A stretch of 64,000 bases of DNA. Source: Collinsella sp. GTDB taxonomy: Bacteria; Actinomycetota; Coriobacteriia; Coriobacteriales; Coriobacteriaceae. Below are positions 29,050 to 38,629 of the stretch, piece by piece. The position numbers and the translations under genes are program-made. Under the pieces are notes generated by a model that worked only from the letters and a program-made list of their open reading frames with translations, searched no databases and was not told where the DNA came from. Every line of letters starts with the position of its first letter. Position 1 is the stretch's first letter. Location of the stretch: positions 12,471 to 76,470 of the forward strand of contig DBFBEA010000094.1 of NCBI GenBank assembly GCA_048248475.1, given 5' to 3'.

Positions 29050-29859
29050 ATGCTGCAGGTCATCATTTCGCCCGCCAAGCAAATGCGCGCGGCCCAAGAT
29101 GCTTTTGAAGTCCTGGGCATTCCACCCTTTGTGCGCGAGACGGCTCGCCTCCACCGCGCACTGCTAGATATCGAGCGGAATGAAGGCAGCGGCGGCCTGC
29201 AGGCGCTGTGGAACGTGAGTGACAAACTGCTGGGGCCTTGCCTCAACACCCTGCATGAGTTCGGGCCCATTCTGAAAAACAGCGATCTCAACAATCCCGC
29301 ACTCGCCCGTCACCTCTCCCCTGCCGTCATGTCCTATCACGGCATTCAATACCAGAGCATGGCACCCGAGGTGATGGATGCCGCGCAGCTCGCATGGCTG
29401 CAAGACCATCTGTGGATCCTCTCCGGCCTCTACGGGTGCGTTCGTCCCTTTCATGCCGTCGAACCGTATCGGCTGGAGATGGGCGCGAAGCTTGTCGTCG
29501 ACGGTGTCCGAGACCTCTACGCATTTTGGAGCGATAAGCTCGCGCGGGCTATCGCCCCGGCAGGCTCAAACACCACGATCGTCAACCTCGCCAGCGTAGA
29601 GTATGCCAAAGCCGTTCTGCCCCACCTCGCGGGCGACGCCACAGCCGTCACATGCCTCTTTGGCGAGGGCATCCGCAACGGGAAGCCCATCCAACAGTCG
29701 ACCGCCAGCAAAAAGGCACGCGGCTCCATGGTGCGGTGGATGGCAGAAAACAAGCTCGAGGATGCAAGCGAACTTACCGCATTCAATATCGGCTATCGGC
29801 ACATCCCCGAGCTTTCAGACAAAAACACCCTGGTTTTCATGAACGCGCAGGCACAATAG
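29050..29859 (+). CDS. yaaA: Peroxide stress protein YaaA (DUF328)
   Basis: Motifs IISPAK, ILSGLYG, YRLEM, VNLASVEY and KKARG. Confidence 0.9.
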   Translation: MLQVIISPAKQMRAAQDAFEVLGIPPFVRETARLHRALLDIERNEGSGGLQALWNVSDKLLGPCLNTLHEFGPILKNSDLNNPALARHLSPAVMSYHGIQYQSMAPEVMDAAQLAWLQDHLWILSGLYGCVRPFHAVEPYRLEMGAKLVVDGVRDLYAFWSDKLARAIAPAGSNTTIVNLASVEYAKAVLPHLAGDATAVTCLFGEGIRNGKPIQQSTASKKARGSMVRWMAENKLEDASELTAFNIGYRHIPELSDKNTLVFMNAQAQ

Positions 29860-29882
29860 ACCCGCCGTTTCCAAACACCTCG

Positions 29883-30398
29883 TTACTCCGCCAAGCCATC
29901 GGCCTTTGCAATCCCGTTTGTCGAACCGTCCTGATAGACAATCTTGACGTGCTCAACCTCGGACACCGCAACACCCGTCGGAGGCTCCAGACGCCATTCC
30001 GTCAGGGCGATATCCATGGTCGTGGGCACATCGCCCTGATCTTTGAGCTTCACCGTGAGTGTTTTGAGTGCCTCATCAAACGTCACGCGTTCGATTTCTT
30101 CGCCCGGAATAGACCCGCCGCTCAACTGCAGCTGTATAAACTCGTCACGCGGATACCAATAGTCGCCCGGTGCGGCCACCGTGTTACCGCCAGCGACCTT
30201 CACCGTCATGATCGGCAGGGCATCGTCGGCCTCAAACTCCCAGGGGGTGCCGCCGCGACCGCCAAACGTCCAGATACAAAAGGCAATCACCAACACGGCA
30301 AGCACCGCAAAACCAATCGCGACAAGGCCATGGTGCGCACGGCTTTCCGCGGCCGATACATCCCATTGTGCCTCTCGATATAGATGCTTGTCTTCCAT
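29883..30398 (-). CDS. Hypothetical membrane-anchored protein
   Basis: RBS GGGGAGG, one N-terminal TM segment, then a soluble domain (TTMDIA). Confidence 0.7.
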   Translation of the reverse strand: MEDKHLYREAQWDVSAAESRAHHGLVAIGFAVLAVLVIAFCIWTFGGRGGTPWEFEADDALPIMTVKVAGGNTVAAPGDYWYPRDEFIQLQLSGGSIPGEEIERVTFDEALKTLTVKLKDQGDVPTTMDIALTEWRLEPPTGVAVSEVEHVKIVYQDGSTNGIAKADGLAE

Positions 30399-30467
30399 GT
30401 ACGCCTCCCCACAGGCACGCTCGTTAGGCCAATCGTACCCATTCGAGCTATACTTGAGCCCATTACA

Positions 30468-30565
30468 TAAACGGGGAGCTTGCAGGACAAGACGGCAGGC
30501 TGAGACTGGGCGCGCCCGCCCTGACCCGCAAACCTGATATGGGTAATGCCAACGAAGGGAGCCGT
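30468..30565 (+). ncRNA. TPP riboswitch
   Basis: GGGGAGC...GGCTGAGA...GACCCG..AACCTGAT..GGGTAATGCCAACGAAGGGA directly upstream of thiC. Confidence 0.93.
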
Positions 30566-30569
30566 GCCA

Positions 30570-31904
30570 ATGAGCACACAGACCGAGCCCAAGCTCGTCA
30601 CGCAAATCGACTTCGCCCGCGCCGGGCAGATCACACCGCAGATGAAGGAGGTCGCCGAGCGCGAGCATCGCGACCCCGAGTACATCCGCGAGCGCGTGGC
30701 AGACGGCCGCATCGCCATTCCCGCCAACATCGTGCATATCAAAAAGGGCATGCGCGCCTTTGGTGTCGGTGAGGGCCTGTCCACCAAGGTCAACGTCAAC
30801 CTGGGCATCTCGGGCGACAAGGCCGATGCCACCGAGGAATGGAAGAAGGTAAAGATCGCCGAGGACTTTGGCGCCGACGCCATCATGGACCTCTCCAACT
30901 CGGGCAAGACGCGCCAGTTCCGCCAGCAGCTCATCGACGAGACCCCGCTCATGGTGGGCACCGTCCCCATGTACGACGCCATCGGCTACATGGAAAAGCC
31001 GCTGGTCAAGCTTACCAAGGACGACCTGTTCGAGGTCGTGCGCGCGCACGCCGAGGACGGCGTGGACTTTATGACCATCCACTGCGGCATCAACAAGTCG
31101 GTCACCAAGACCTTTAAGGAAACCGGCCGCCTCATGAACATCGTCAGCCGCGGCGGCTCGCTGCTGTTTGGCTGGATGGAGGTCACCGGCAACGAGAACC
31201 CCTTCTATGAGTTCTACGACGAGCTGCTCGAAATCTGCCACGAGTACGACGTGACGATTTCGCTCGGCGACTCCTGCCGCCCGGGCTGCCTCTACGACTC
31301 CAACGACGCCACCGAGACTGCCGAGATGATCGAGCTAGGCAAGCTGTGCAAGCGCGCTTGGGCTGCCGGCGTCCAGGTTATGGTCGAGGGCCCGGGTCAC
31401 ATGGCGCTCGACGAGATCGCCGCCAACATGAAACTGCAGAAGCGCCTGTGCCACAACGCCCCGTTCTATGTGCTGGGGCCGCTGGTGACCGATATCGGCG
31501 TGGGTTACGATCACATCACCGCTGCCATCGGCGGCGCCATCTCTGCGAGCTCGGGTGCCGACTTTTTGTGCTACGTGACGCCGGCCGAGCACCTATGCCT
31601 GCCTAACGCCCAGGATGTGCTCGACGGCCTCATGGCCACCAAGATTGCCGCACACGCCGCCGACATCGCCAAGAAGGTGCCGCACGCCCGCGACATGGAC
31701 GACAAGATGGGCCAGGCACGCCGCAAGCTCGACTGGGACGCCATGTGGAAGTGCGCGCTCGACCCGGTTACGGGCAAGAAGCGCTACGAGGAGTCCCCCG
31801 CCGCCACCGAGGGCACTTGCACCATGTGCGGCAAGATGTGCGCCGTCCGCACCGTCAACAAGGTGTTCGAGGGTACGACGATCGATCTCGGCATGGAGGA
31901 CTAG
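30570..31904 (+). CDS. thiC: Phosphomethylpyrimidine synthase
   Basis: Motifs KVNVNLG, VSRGGS, VMVEGPGH, YVTPAEHL and C-terminal CTMCGKMC. Confidence 0.97.
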   Translation: MSTQTEPKLVTQIDFARAGQITPQMKEVAEREHRDPEYIRERVADGRIAIPANIVHIKKGMRAFGVGEGLSTKVNVNLGISGDKADATEEWKKVKIAEDFGADAIMDLSNSGKTRQFRQQLIDETPLMVGTVPMYDAIGYMEKPLVKLTKDDLFEVVRAHAEDGVDFMTIHCGINKSVTKTFKETGRLMNIVSRGGSLLFGWMEVTGNENPFYEFYDELLEICHEYDVTISLGDSCRPGCLYDSNDATETAEMIELGKLCKRAWAAGVQVMVEGPGHMALDEIAANMKLQKRLCHNAPFYVLGPLVTDIGVGYDHITAAIGGAISASSGADFLCYVTPAEHLCLPNAQDVLDGLMATKIAAHAADIAKKVPHARDMDDKMGQARRKLDWDAMWKCALDPVTGKKRYEESPAATEGTCTMCGKMCAVRTVNKVFEGTTIDLGMED

Positions 31905-32086
31905 CCTTATCGCCGCGATCGCCTATGGGCTCGCCGCAGCACCTGCCAATTGTTAACCTGTGAACATTTGCTTGCATTTGCGTAAAAATTGCATCTCGCG
32001 CCCGGGTTCGGCATATCGCCGGCCTGGGCCTCTTTATAATGCGGGGTAAAAGACCCATTTGAATCCGACCAGACAAGGGAGCGAAC

Positions 32087-32917
32087 ATGGATCGCAGCAA
32101 GGTACCTGCCGTTCTATCCATCGCAGGATCCGATTCCAGCGGTGGCGCCGGCATTCAGGCCGACATCAAGACCATCACGGCGCACCGCCTGTATGCCGAG
32201 ACGGCCATCACCGCCATCACAGCGCAAAACACACTGGGCGTTACCGCCGTGCAGGATATCTCGCCAGATATCGTAGCCGCGCAAATTGATGCCGTCTTTG
32301 ACGATATCCGCCCGAGCGCCGTCAAGATCGGCATGGTTTCTTCTGTCGAGATTATCGAGGTTATCGCCGACCGTTTGAGCGCTTGGAACGCACAAAATAT
32401 CGTCGTCGACCCCGTCATGGTCGCCACCTCGGGCGCTCGCCTGATCGCAGAGGACGCCGCCGAAGCACTTACGCGCCGCCTATTCCCGCTGGCGACCGTC
32501 ATCACGCCCAATATTCCCGAGGCCATGGCGTTGCTCGATTATGAGGTCGATTCCGAGCGCACGCAGCAAAATGCCGCCATGCTTCTCACCCGCCGCTTTG
32601 GCTGCGCGTCTCTCGTTAAGGGCGGGCATTTTGTCAACGAGGCCAACGACGTGCTGGCGGAGCCCGCACCGCTCGATGACGAGGGCAACCATCTGGGCGA
32701 TCCGCTCACCACGTGGTTCCGTCACAAGCGCATCGAGACCGGCAACACGCATGGTACCGGCTGCACGCTTTCGTCCGCCATCGCCTGCGCGCTGGCCCAG
32801 GGCATGGATCTTGCCGATGCCGTCAACGCCGGCAAGGCCTACCTAACGGGCGCTCTCGCCGCCGGCTTTGACATGGGCAAAGGTTCCGGCCCCGTCAATC
32901 ACATGTGGCAGTACTAA
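32087..32917 (+). CDS. thiD: Hydroxymethylpyrimidine/phosphomethylpyrimidine kinase
   Basis: Motifs IAGSDSSGGAGIQADIK, DPVMVATSG and HGTGCTLSSAI. Confidence 0.95.
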   Translation: MDRSKVPAVLSIAGSDSSGGAGIQADIKTITAHRLYAETAITAITAQNTLGVTAVQDISPDIVAAQIDAVFDDIRPSAVKIGMVSSVEIIEVIADRLSAWNAQNIVVDPVMVATSGARLIAEDAAEALTRRLFPLATVITPNIPEAMALLDYEVDSERTQQNAAMLLTRRFGCASLVKGGHFVNEANDVLAEPAPLDDEGNHLGDPLTTWFRHKRIETGNTHGTGCTLSSAIACALAQGMDLADAVNAGKAYLTGALAAGFDMGKGSGPVNHMWQY

Positions 32918-32929
32918 GATTCGCAGCCC

Positions 32930-33234
32930 AAGCCACCGCAAAGGACACCTTTGTGGTGGTTACTGCAAATGTCTCGATCTGTAACAGATAGGGACGATTT
33001 AGCCGCCCACCTGTTACAGATTGAGACATTCAAATTCCGCTGAGAAGAAAATCTCGATCTGTAACAGTAACTCGGCAAAATCGACCCTAGATGTTACAGA
33101 TCGAGACAAACGACCGATATCGGCCTAAATAATCTTAATCTGTAACATCTAGCCCGTTTTCGGCCTTACAACTGTCACAGATCGAGACAAAGCAACGAAA
33201 CAAGCCACCACAAGGGGAACTTCTGTGGTGACTT
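32930..33234. repeat. Mosaic array of six alternately oriented 15-bp motifs at 40-41 bp period, bracketed by two related hairpins
   Basis: TCTCGATCTGTAACA or its reverse complement starts at 32972, 33012, 33052, 33092, 33133 and 33173. Flanking AAGCCACC..GTGGTG hairpins. Confidence 0.9.
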
Positions 33235-33243
33235 GGGGTCGCG

Positions 33244-33903
33244 CTACTCTCCGAGCATCTCTTGGAGCTTGGCTGCCACGGCGTGACCCAGGCTCTCGTG
33301 GCTTTCGGGCATCATATGCAGATAGTCGATATCGCCCGGCTCGGCAAAGTCGGCGGCATTCAAAAAGTCGCAGCCAAACTGCTCGGCCACGTGCGCATAG
33401 TACTCGCCAAAATGTTCAGATGCCTCAACGGAATGTTCGTCAAAGTCGGTCATATACACATCAGCGATCTGTGGCTTGATCTTGATAGGAGCCATCAGCA
33501 GAATACGCGGGCAGGGTGCGGCATTGGTCCAGGGAAATGCGCGCACCGCGCGAATCAGCGCCATGGCGCCACGGGCAATATCGGAGGCCGTCACAGCAAA
33601 GACCGTCTTGCAATCGTTAGTTCCCAGCATAATAACGATCGCATCCAGCGGCTTATGGGCCTCGAGCAGCATCGGAAGTGCGCGGATGCCGTTAAGATTG
33701 GTGTCCAGATGGCACATGTCGTCGCGTACCGTCGTGCGGCCGTTGAGGCCTTCTTCAATTACATGCCAGCCCTCGCCTAAGTCACGTTGGGCCACGCCAC
33801 ACCAGCGCACATCCTGCGCATAGCGCACCGCGGTGCCGTCGCGCATGCCCGCCGGATCGTAACCATAGGTGTTGCTATCGCCAAAGCATAGAACGTTTTT
33901 CAT
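33244..33903 (-). CDS. SGNH/GDSL hydrolase
   Basis: Motifs FGDSNT, EEGLNGRT, MLGTND and DYLH. Confidence 0.9.
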   Translation of the reverse strand: MKNVLCFGDSNTYGYDPAGMRDGTAVRYAQDVRWCGVAQRDLGEGWHVIEEGLNGRTTVRDDMCHLDTNLNGIRALPMLLEAHKPLDAIVIMLGTNDCKTVFAVTASDIARGAMALIRAVRAFPWTNAAPCPRILLMAPIKIKPQIADVYMTDFDEHSVEASEHFGEYYAHVAEQFGCDFLNAADFAEPGDIDYLHMMPESHESLGHAVAAKLQEMLGE

Positions 33904-33981
33904 CGTAAGCCCCTCGCTCAGTAAAAAGCCGACGGAAGCAGCCTCTCCCGCCGGCTCGACCTATCTGTCAGCACGTACCGA

Positions 33982-35097
33982 TTACAGGTACTTGCGCCAA
34001 TCGTCCTCGTCCTCATCATCCTCGGTAGCAGCCTGGGCCTGCTCGGCGGCGCGAGCTGCCGCAGCGCGAGCGGCAACCTGGGCATAGGACTCCTCGTTGC
34101 GCTCGGGGAAGTTTGTCAGCACGTGCTCGAACTTGGCAAAATCCTCATCCCAGCGCGTAGAAGGCACGGCAAAGAAGACTTGCTTGACCTTAAAGTCGCC
34201 CGACGCGAGCTCCTTGCGGAAGAGCTCGGCCACGGCCTCGGCGTCAAAGCCGTTGTTGTCGCAACCCCATGCGCCCAGCACGAGCTTCTCGCGACCCAAC
34301 TCGTCGCAGATAGCGAGAACAAAGCGGATGCGGTCGCGCAGGGCGTCCAGCAGGGCATCGTCGCTCACGCGATACTCCTGGCGGGCGCGCTTAACGTTGG
34401 GCGCGGCGGCCACGATCACGTCGGCGTATGCATGCACGTGGTTGCGGTCGAAGCGCACCGCAGGCACCACCAGCGCACGGTTTCGGTAAAGCTCGCAGTT
34501 GATGTTGCGGCGACGGTTCTCGCCGTACCATTTGCGCTGCTTATCGAGAACGTTGTACAGATACGAATCGGCGCACAGCGTGGCCTCCTGGCCCAGATAA
34601 CCCTGAATATAGCCACCGCCCGGATTGGTGAACGAGGCAAAGGCGAGCACGGCCATGTCGCAGAACTGCGCATAGCCACGACCGTTGTCCAAGATGGCCT
34701 GCGTGGTGGAGGCATCGAGCACGGTGACCTCGGGCAGAACCGGAGCGGGCTCCTCAGCAGGCGCGGACTCAGCTTCGGCGATTTCCTCGGCAGGCTCCTC
34801 GACGGGCTCGAGCGCTGCCTCGACCTCGGCAGCCTCCGCGCCCTCGACGTCCTCGGCAACCTGTTCTTCGGTGGCCACAGCGCTCTGAACCTTGGCCTTC
34901 ATCGCCGAGACAAAGCCGGCAGGCATACCGTCAAACTCGCGAACACCGGCAAGCGAACGCTCGATATCCTTGGCGCACGCTTCGGACACAGTTGCCACGT
35001 GACGCTCGGCGGCCTTGGCACGGGCCTCGCGCTTGGGATTGGGCTGACCCGCTCGGTTGGACCTGCGGTTACGGTTCCTGTTGTCGACGTCTGCCAT
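33982..35097 (-). CDS. TIGR02452/DUF2263 bacterial PARG-like macrodomain protein with a low-complexity N-terminus
   Basis: Motifs FASFTNPGGG..QEATLC, AAPN and LVLGAWGC. Confidence 0.75.
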   Translation of the reverse strand: MADVDNRNRNRRSNRAGQPNPKREARAKAAERHVATVSEACAKDIERSLAGVREFDGMPAGFVSAMKAKVQSAVATEEQVAEDVEGAEAAEVEAALEPVEEPAEEIAEAESAPAEEPAPVLPEVTVLDASTTQAILDNGRGYAQFCDMAVLAFASFTNPGGGYIQGYLGQEATLCADSYLYNVLDKQRKWYGENRRRNINCELYRNRALVVPAVRFDRNHVHAYADVIVAAAPNVKRARQEYRVSDDALLDALRDRIRFVLAICDELGREKLVLGAWGCDNNGFDAEAVAELFRKELASGDFKVKQVFFAVPSTRWDEDFAKFEHVLTNFPERNEESYAQVAARAAAARAAEQAQAATEDDEDEDDWRKYL

Positions 35098-35235
35098 AAG
35101 TGGTCACCTTTCTCGGTCTCTGCCGCTATCGGCTTTTCCCATCCATGATACCCCGCCGCATACAAAAAAGACGGCCCCGAAGGACCGCCTTTCGCATCGA
35201 TTTACACGCACGGCAAGCACCGCCGCAATTTGCCA

Positions 35236-35931
35236 CTAATCGCGACGGCCAAGGATGTTCAGGATGCGCAGGAACACGTTGATAATGTCCACGAACAGAT
35301 TGGACGCCATGAGCACGGCGTTGGGCAGCGTAGGCGGCACCGTCGTGGCAACATAGGTGTCGTAGCCGATGAAGCCGGCGAACACCACGATCACGATCAG
35401 GTCGGTGATGGTCTGCGAGACGCCCATGAACATCAGCACGATCTCAACCAGAATAGTGGCGAGCAGAATGCCAAAACCGATGCCATATACGCGCTGGAAA
35501 AACTTGGGGAACGTCACGCCCAAGGCGCCAAAGACAAAGGTGATGGCGGCCGTGGCGATAAAGGCAGTGTTGATGGTGGGCAGGTCGTAGTTGGCAAGGC
35601 CAAACGACGCGGTCAGGCCAAAGGTACTCGCAAAGATTACGTAGCCCACAAGGGACAGGCCCACGGACTGCTTGCTGGCGGCGGCCGACATCATGACCAT
35701 GCCGACGATGGTCAAAATAAACGAGCCAAAGACCAGCGGCAAGGCGGCGCCGCTCATCATCATGCGCGCAAACGACATGGTGCTCGTAAAGTAGGCGCCG
35801 GCGCCCATGGCGCAAAAGCCCAAGAAGATCAGGGCTGACATGGTGAGATTGTACGCGCGCGGCGACATCTCCTTGGCGCGGCTTGCGCCGCTCTCGATGG
35901 GGCCGTTCTGATAGCCCTGGATATCGTTCAT
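35236..35931 (-). CDS. Bax inhibitor-1/YccA family membrane protein
   Basis: About seven TM segments, FIGYDT and C-terminal LFVDIINVFLRILNI. Confidence 0.85.
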   Translation of the reverse strand: MNDIQGYQNGPIESGASRAKEMSPRAYNLTMSALIFLGFCAMGAGAYFTSTMSFARMMMSGAALPLVFGSFILTIVGMVMMSAAASKQSVGLSLVGYVIFASTFGLTASFGLANYDLPTINTAFIATAAITFVFGALGVTFPKFFQRVYGIGFGILLATILVEIVLMFMGVSQTITDLIVIVVFAGFIGYDTYVATTVPPTLPNAVLMASNLFVDIINVFLRILNILGRRD

Positions 35932-36014
35932 ACTTCGTCCTTTCACAAAGCGCCGTGAAAGACGGCGCAGCAGATGACAAGATTCCTGTCATTGTACCCG
36001 AATGCCGTACGTCC

Positions 36015-36353
36015 TTACCTACGGCGCTCGCCCTCGAGCGTGCGATCAAAGGCCCAGACCCACCAACGCATCACGTGTGCCTGCGAGCCGTCCGCCCGCT
36101 CGCGCGTCTGGTCCTCCAGATACAACTCGGTCGCGTGCCCGCCAAAACGCACCTTATAGGTCGCCGTACGGATGCCGTGGACCGTCAGGCCAAACCCGGT
36201 GGTCGAGATAATTTCATCGATTGTAAAACAACGTCCGTCGACCCAGCAGACGGTGACCGGCACGACTTGTCCGCCCGCGAGGATGCGAGCCACGACGTCC
36301 ACATACTGCTTGTGTACGCGCCGAGTTTTGCCGTCTGTCTGTCGATATTCCAT
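36015..36353 (-). CDS. Small hypothetical protein (112 aa), likely SOS-regulated
   Basis: RBS AGGAGG. Sequence YVDVVARI..PVTVCWVDGRCFTIDEI..YKVRF..TELYLE. LexA box upstream. Confidence 0.75.
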   Translation of the reverse strand: MEYRQTDGKTRRVHKQYVDVVARILAGGQVVPVTVCWVDGRCFTIDEIISTTGFGLTVHGIRTATYKVRFGGHATELYLEDQTRERADGSQAHVMRWWVWAFDRTLEGERRR

Positions 36354-36364
36354 GCCTCCTATTA

Positions 36365-36380
36365 TCGAACGCATGTTTGC
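36365..36380. promoter_or_regulatory. LexA (SOS) box, Gram-positive GAAC-N4-GTTY type
   Basis: TCGAAC-GCAT-GTTTGC overlaps a minus-strand -10-like GATAAT. Confidence 0.7.
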
Positions 36381-36603
36381 ATGTTGTAAAGCGAACAGAC
36401 TGTGGTTTTGGAGTGTCGTAGTAATCGCACGTGTCCGCATGGCGTGTTAGCAAAAAGAACACCCGCGGTCAACAGGGCTAATATTCAATTTTAGTGCCAA
36501 AAAGTTCACTTCTCCCATTAGAACTCGGTAAAGAGACCCGCAGGAGGTGATACGATTTATCATGTTTTTGTAACGTGTCTGCAAACTTCGAGAAAGCCCA
36601 TAT

Positions 36604-37653
36604 ATGGACGTAACGTTCTCAACCTTCCTCGGCCAAATTGTGTCGAACCCAGTCCTTGCCGTCACCGTGATCCTCGCGTTGGGCGCCATCTTCGTCAATG
36701 GATGGACCGACGCGCCCAACGCCATCGCGACCTGCGTCACTACGCGTTGCATGCCCGCCCGCGCCGCCATTCTCATGAGCGCCGCATTCAACTTCCTCGG
36801 CGTGCTCATCATGACGCACTTTAACGCGAGCGTCGCCAACACCATCTCACATATCGTCGACTTTGGCGGAAACAGCACCATGGCGCTCGCGTGCCTCTGC
36901 GCGGCACTGTTCTCCATCGTCGTCTACGGCGCCACAGCGTCGCGTTTTGGCATCCCCACCTCGCAAAGCCACAGCCTTATCGCCGGCCTGACCGGTGCCG
37001 CCATCGCCCTCGGCGGTGCGAGCAGCGTCAACGTCCACGAGTGGATGAAGGTCATCTACGGCCTGGCACTCTCCATCGGCCTGGGCTTTGTCATGGGCTG
37101 GGTCCTGTGCAAGCTCGTCTCGATTCTTTTCGCCGCCGCCAACAGGCGACGTGCCAATGTCTTCTTTAAATACGCTCAGATCGCGAGCGCTGCGGCCATG
37201 AGCTTTATGCACGGCGCGCAGGATGGACAGAAGTTCATCGGCGTGCTCTTTTTAGGCGTGGCCTTTGCCAGCGGCCAGACGAGCGTCGGCGATGCAGGCA
37301 TCCCCATCTGGATTATGCTGCTGTGCTCGGCCACTATGGGTATCGGCACCAGCGTGGGCGGCGAGCGCATCATCAAGTCCGTCGGCCAGAGCATGGTTAA
37401 GCTCGAGAAGTATCAGGGCTTCTCCGCCGACCTCGCGGGCGCCGCGAACCTGCTACTTGCCACCCTTACTGGCATCCCCGTGTCCTCCACGCACATCAAA
37501 ACCTGCGCCATTATGGGTGTCGGTGCCGTCAAGCGCCTCTCGGCCATCAACTTCGGCGTCGTCAAGGACATGATGTTCACCTGGTTCTTCACCTTCCCCG
37601 CCTGCGGACTCATCAGCTTTGTCATGGCCAAGCTGTTCATGATGTTCCTCTAG
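36604..37653 (+). CDS. Inorganic phosphate transporter (PiT family)
   Basis: Motifs NGWTDAPNAIAT, GIPTSQSH, HGAQDGQK and GIPVSSTH. Confidence 0.93.
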   Translation: MDVTFSTFLGQIVSNPVLAVTVILALGAIFVNGWTDAPNAIATCVTTRCMPARAAILMSAAFNFLGVLIMTHFNASVANTISHIVDFGGNSTMALACLCAALFSIVVYGATASRFGIPTSQSHSLIAGLTGAAIALGGASSVNVHEWMKVIYGLALSIGLGFVMGWVLCKLVSILFAAANRRRANVFFKYAQIASAAAMSFMHGAQDGQKFIGVLFLGVAFASGQTSVGDAGIPIWIMLLCSATMGIGTSVGGERIIKSVGQSMVKLEKYQGFSADLAGAANLLLATLTGIPVSSTHIKTCAIMGVGAVKRLSAINFGVVKDMMFTWFFTFPACGLISFVMAKLFMMFL

Positions 37654-37720
37654 TCAAACCGAACGTCCATCCGGACCGCAACACTTCGCCCACCCGTCTT
37701 CGCCTCGAAAGGACCCACCC

Positions 37721-38344
37721 ATGGCAAAGAAACCCGATTCGTTCTACTTCGATAACTACGTCGCTTGCGCCGACCTCGCCGTTCAGGCAGCCGAGCTGCT
37801 CACCAAGATTTTTGAGAACTTTGACCCCGCGAAGATCCACGACATGCTCGATAAGATGCATACGATTGAGCATGCGGCAGACAAGAAGCACCACGAGCTC
37901 GAAGACGCCCTGCTCACCGCCTTTATCACCCCGCTTGAGCGCGAGGATCTGGACCTGATGAGTTGCTCGCTCGACACCGTGCTCGACCGCATCGAGGGCG
38001 TCGTGCAGCGCGTCTACTTCACCAACATCCAGAGCATCCATCCCGACGCCATCGTCATCGCCCACAAGGTGACTGACGCCTGCCGCGCCATGAAAGACCT
38101 GATGGTCGAGCTGCCCAACTACCGCAAGTCCAAGACCCTGCGCGAACTCGTCATCCAGATCAACACCATCGAGTCCGAAGCCGACGAGCTCTATATCAAC
38201 GCCATGCGCAACCTGCACGTTAACGGCAAGGACCCGCTCGAGGTCATCGCCTGGCGTGACGTATACGCCTTCCTGGAGTACTGCGCTGACTGCTGTGAGA
38301 ATGTGGCCGATGTTGTGGATTCGATTGTCATGAAGAACAGTTAA
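37721..38344 (+). CDS. DUF47 (PhoU-like) phosphate transport regulator
   Basis: Motifs EHAAD, FITPLERED and ESEAD. Adjacent to pit. Confidence 0.9.
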   Translation: MAKKPDSFYFDNYVACADLAVQAAELLTKIFENFDPAKIHDMLDKMHTIEHAADKKHHELEDALLTAFITPLEREDLDLMSCSLDTVLDRIEGVVQRVYFTNIQSIHPDAIVIAHKVTDACRAMKDLMVELPNYRKSKTLRELVIQINTIESEADELYINAMRNLHVNGKDPLEVIAWRDVYAFLEYCADCCENVADVVDSIVMKNS

Positions 38345-38349
38345 TTGGG

Positions 38350-38460
38350 GGTACGTGTCCCGGCGGTCGCGGGCCCGGCCACTAATAACCTTTTTCACTC
38401 CGGCTGCAAGCAGAGTCGTTCAAAAGGTTATTAGTGGCCGGGCCCGCTCCCTTACGTACC
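38350..38460. repeat. Long inverted-repeat element (26-bp perfect inner IR, outer GGTACGT/ACGTACC)
   Basis: GCGGGCCCGGCCACTAATAACCTTTT at 38369-38394 and its reverse complement at 38422-38447. Confidence 0.8.
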
Positions 38461-38629
38461 ACCATTGGGAACTTTGGCTGATAGTTATAGCGCAATGGGG
38501 GTTTGGCTGAAGGGACCTTTGGTATCCGTTCAGACACTTTGGCCCTCGATGAGCGTTTGGCTGATTGCTGCTTGGGTACTGTTTGGGTTACTTTGGGTTT
38601 GTTTGATTTTTAATTGTTGGAGGGCTTGT

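Noticed and set aside
26960..30546. N-terminal extensions of tracked ORFs (26960 aminopeptidase, 28645 yaaA, 29883-31241)
   Set aside because: The extensions overlap neighbouring genes, and downstream RBS-supported starts match the family N-termini.
32972..33187. CRISPR array interpretation of the 40-bp-period repeats
   Set aside because: The repeats are only 15 bp and alternate in orientation, the spacers are related to each other, and there are no cas genes in the window.
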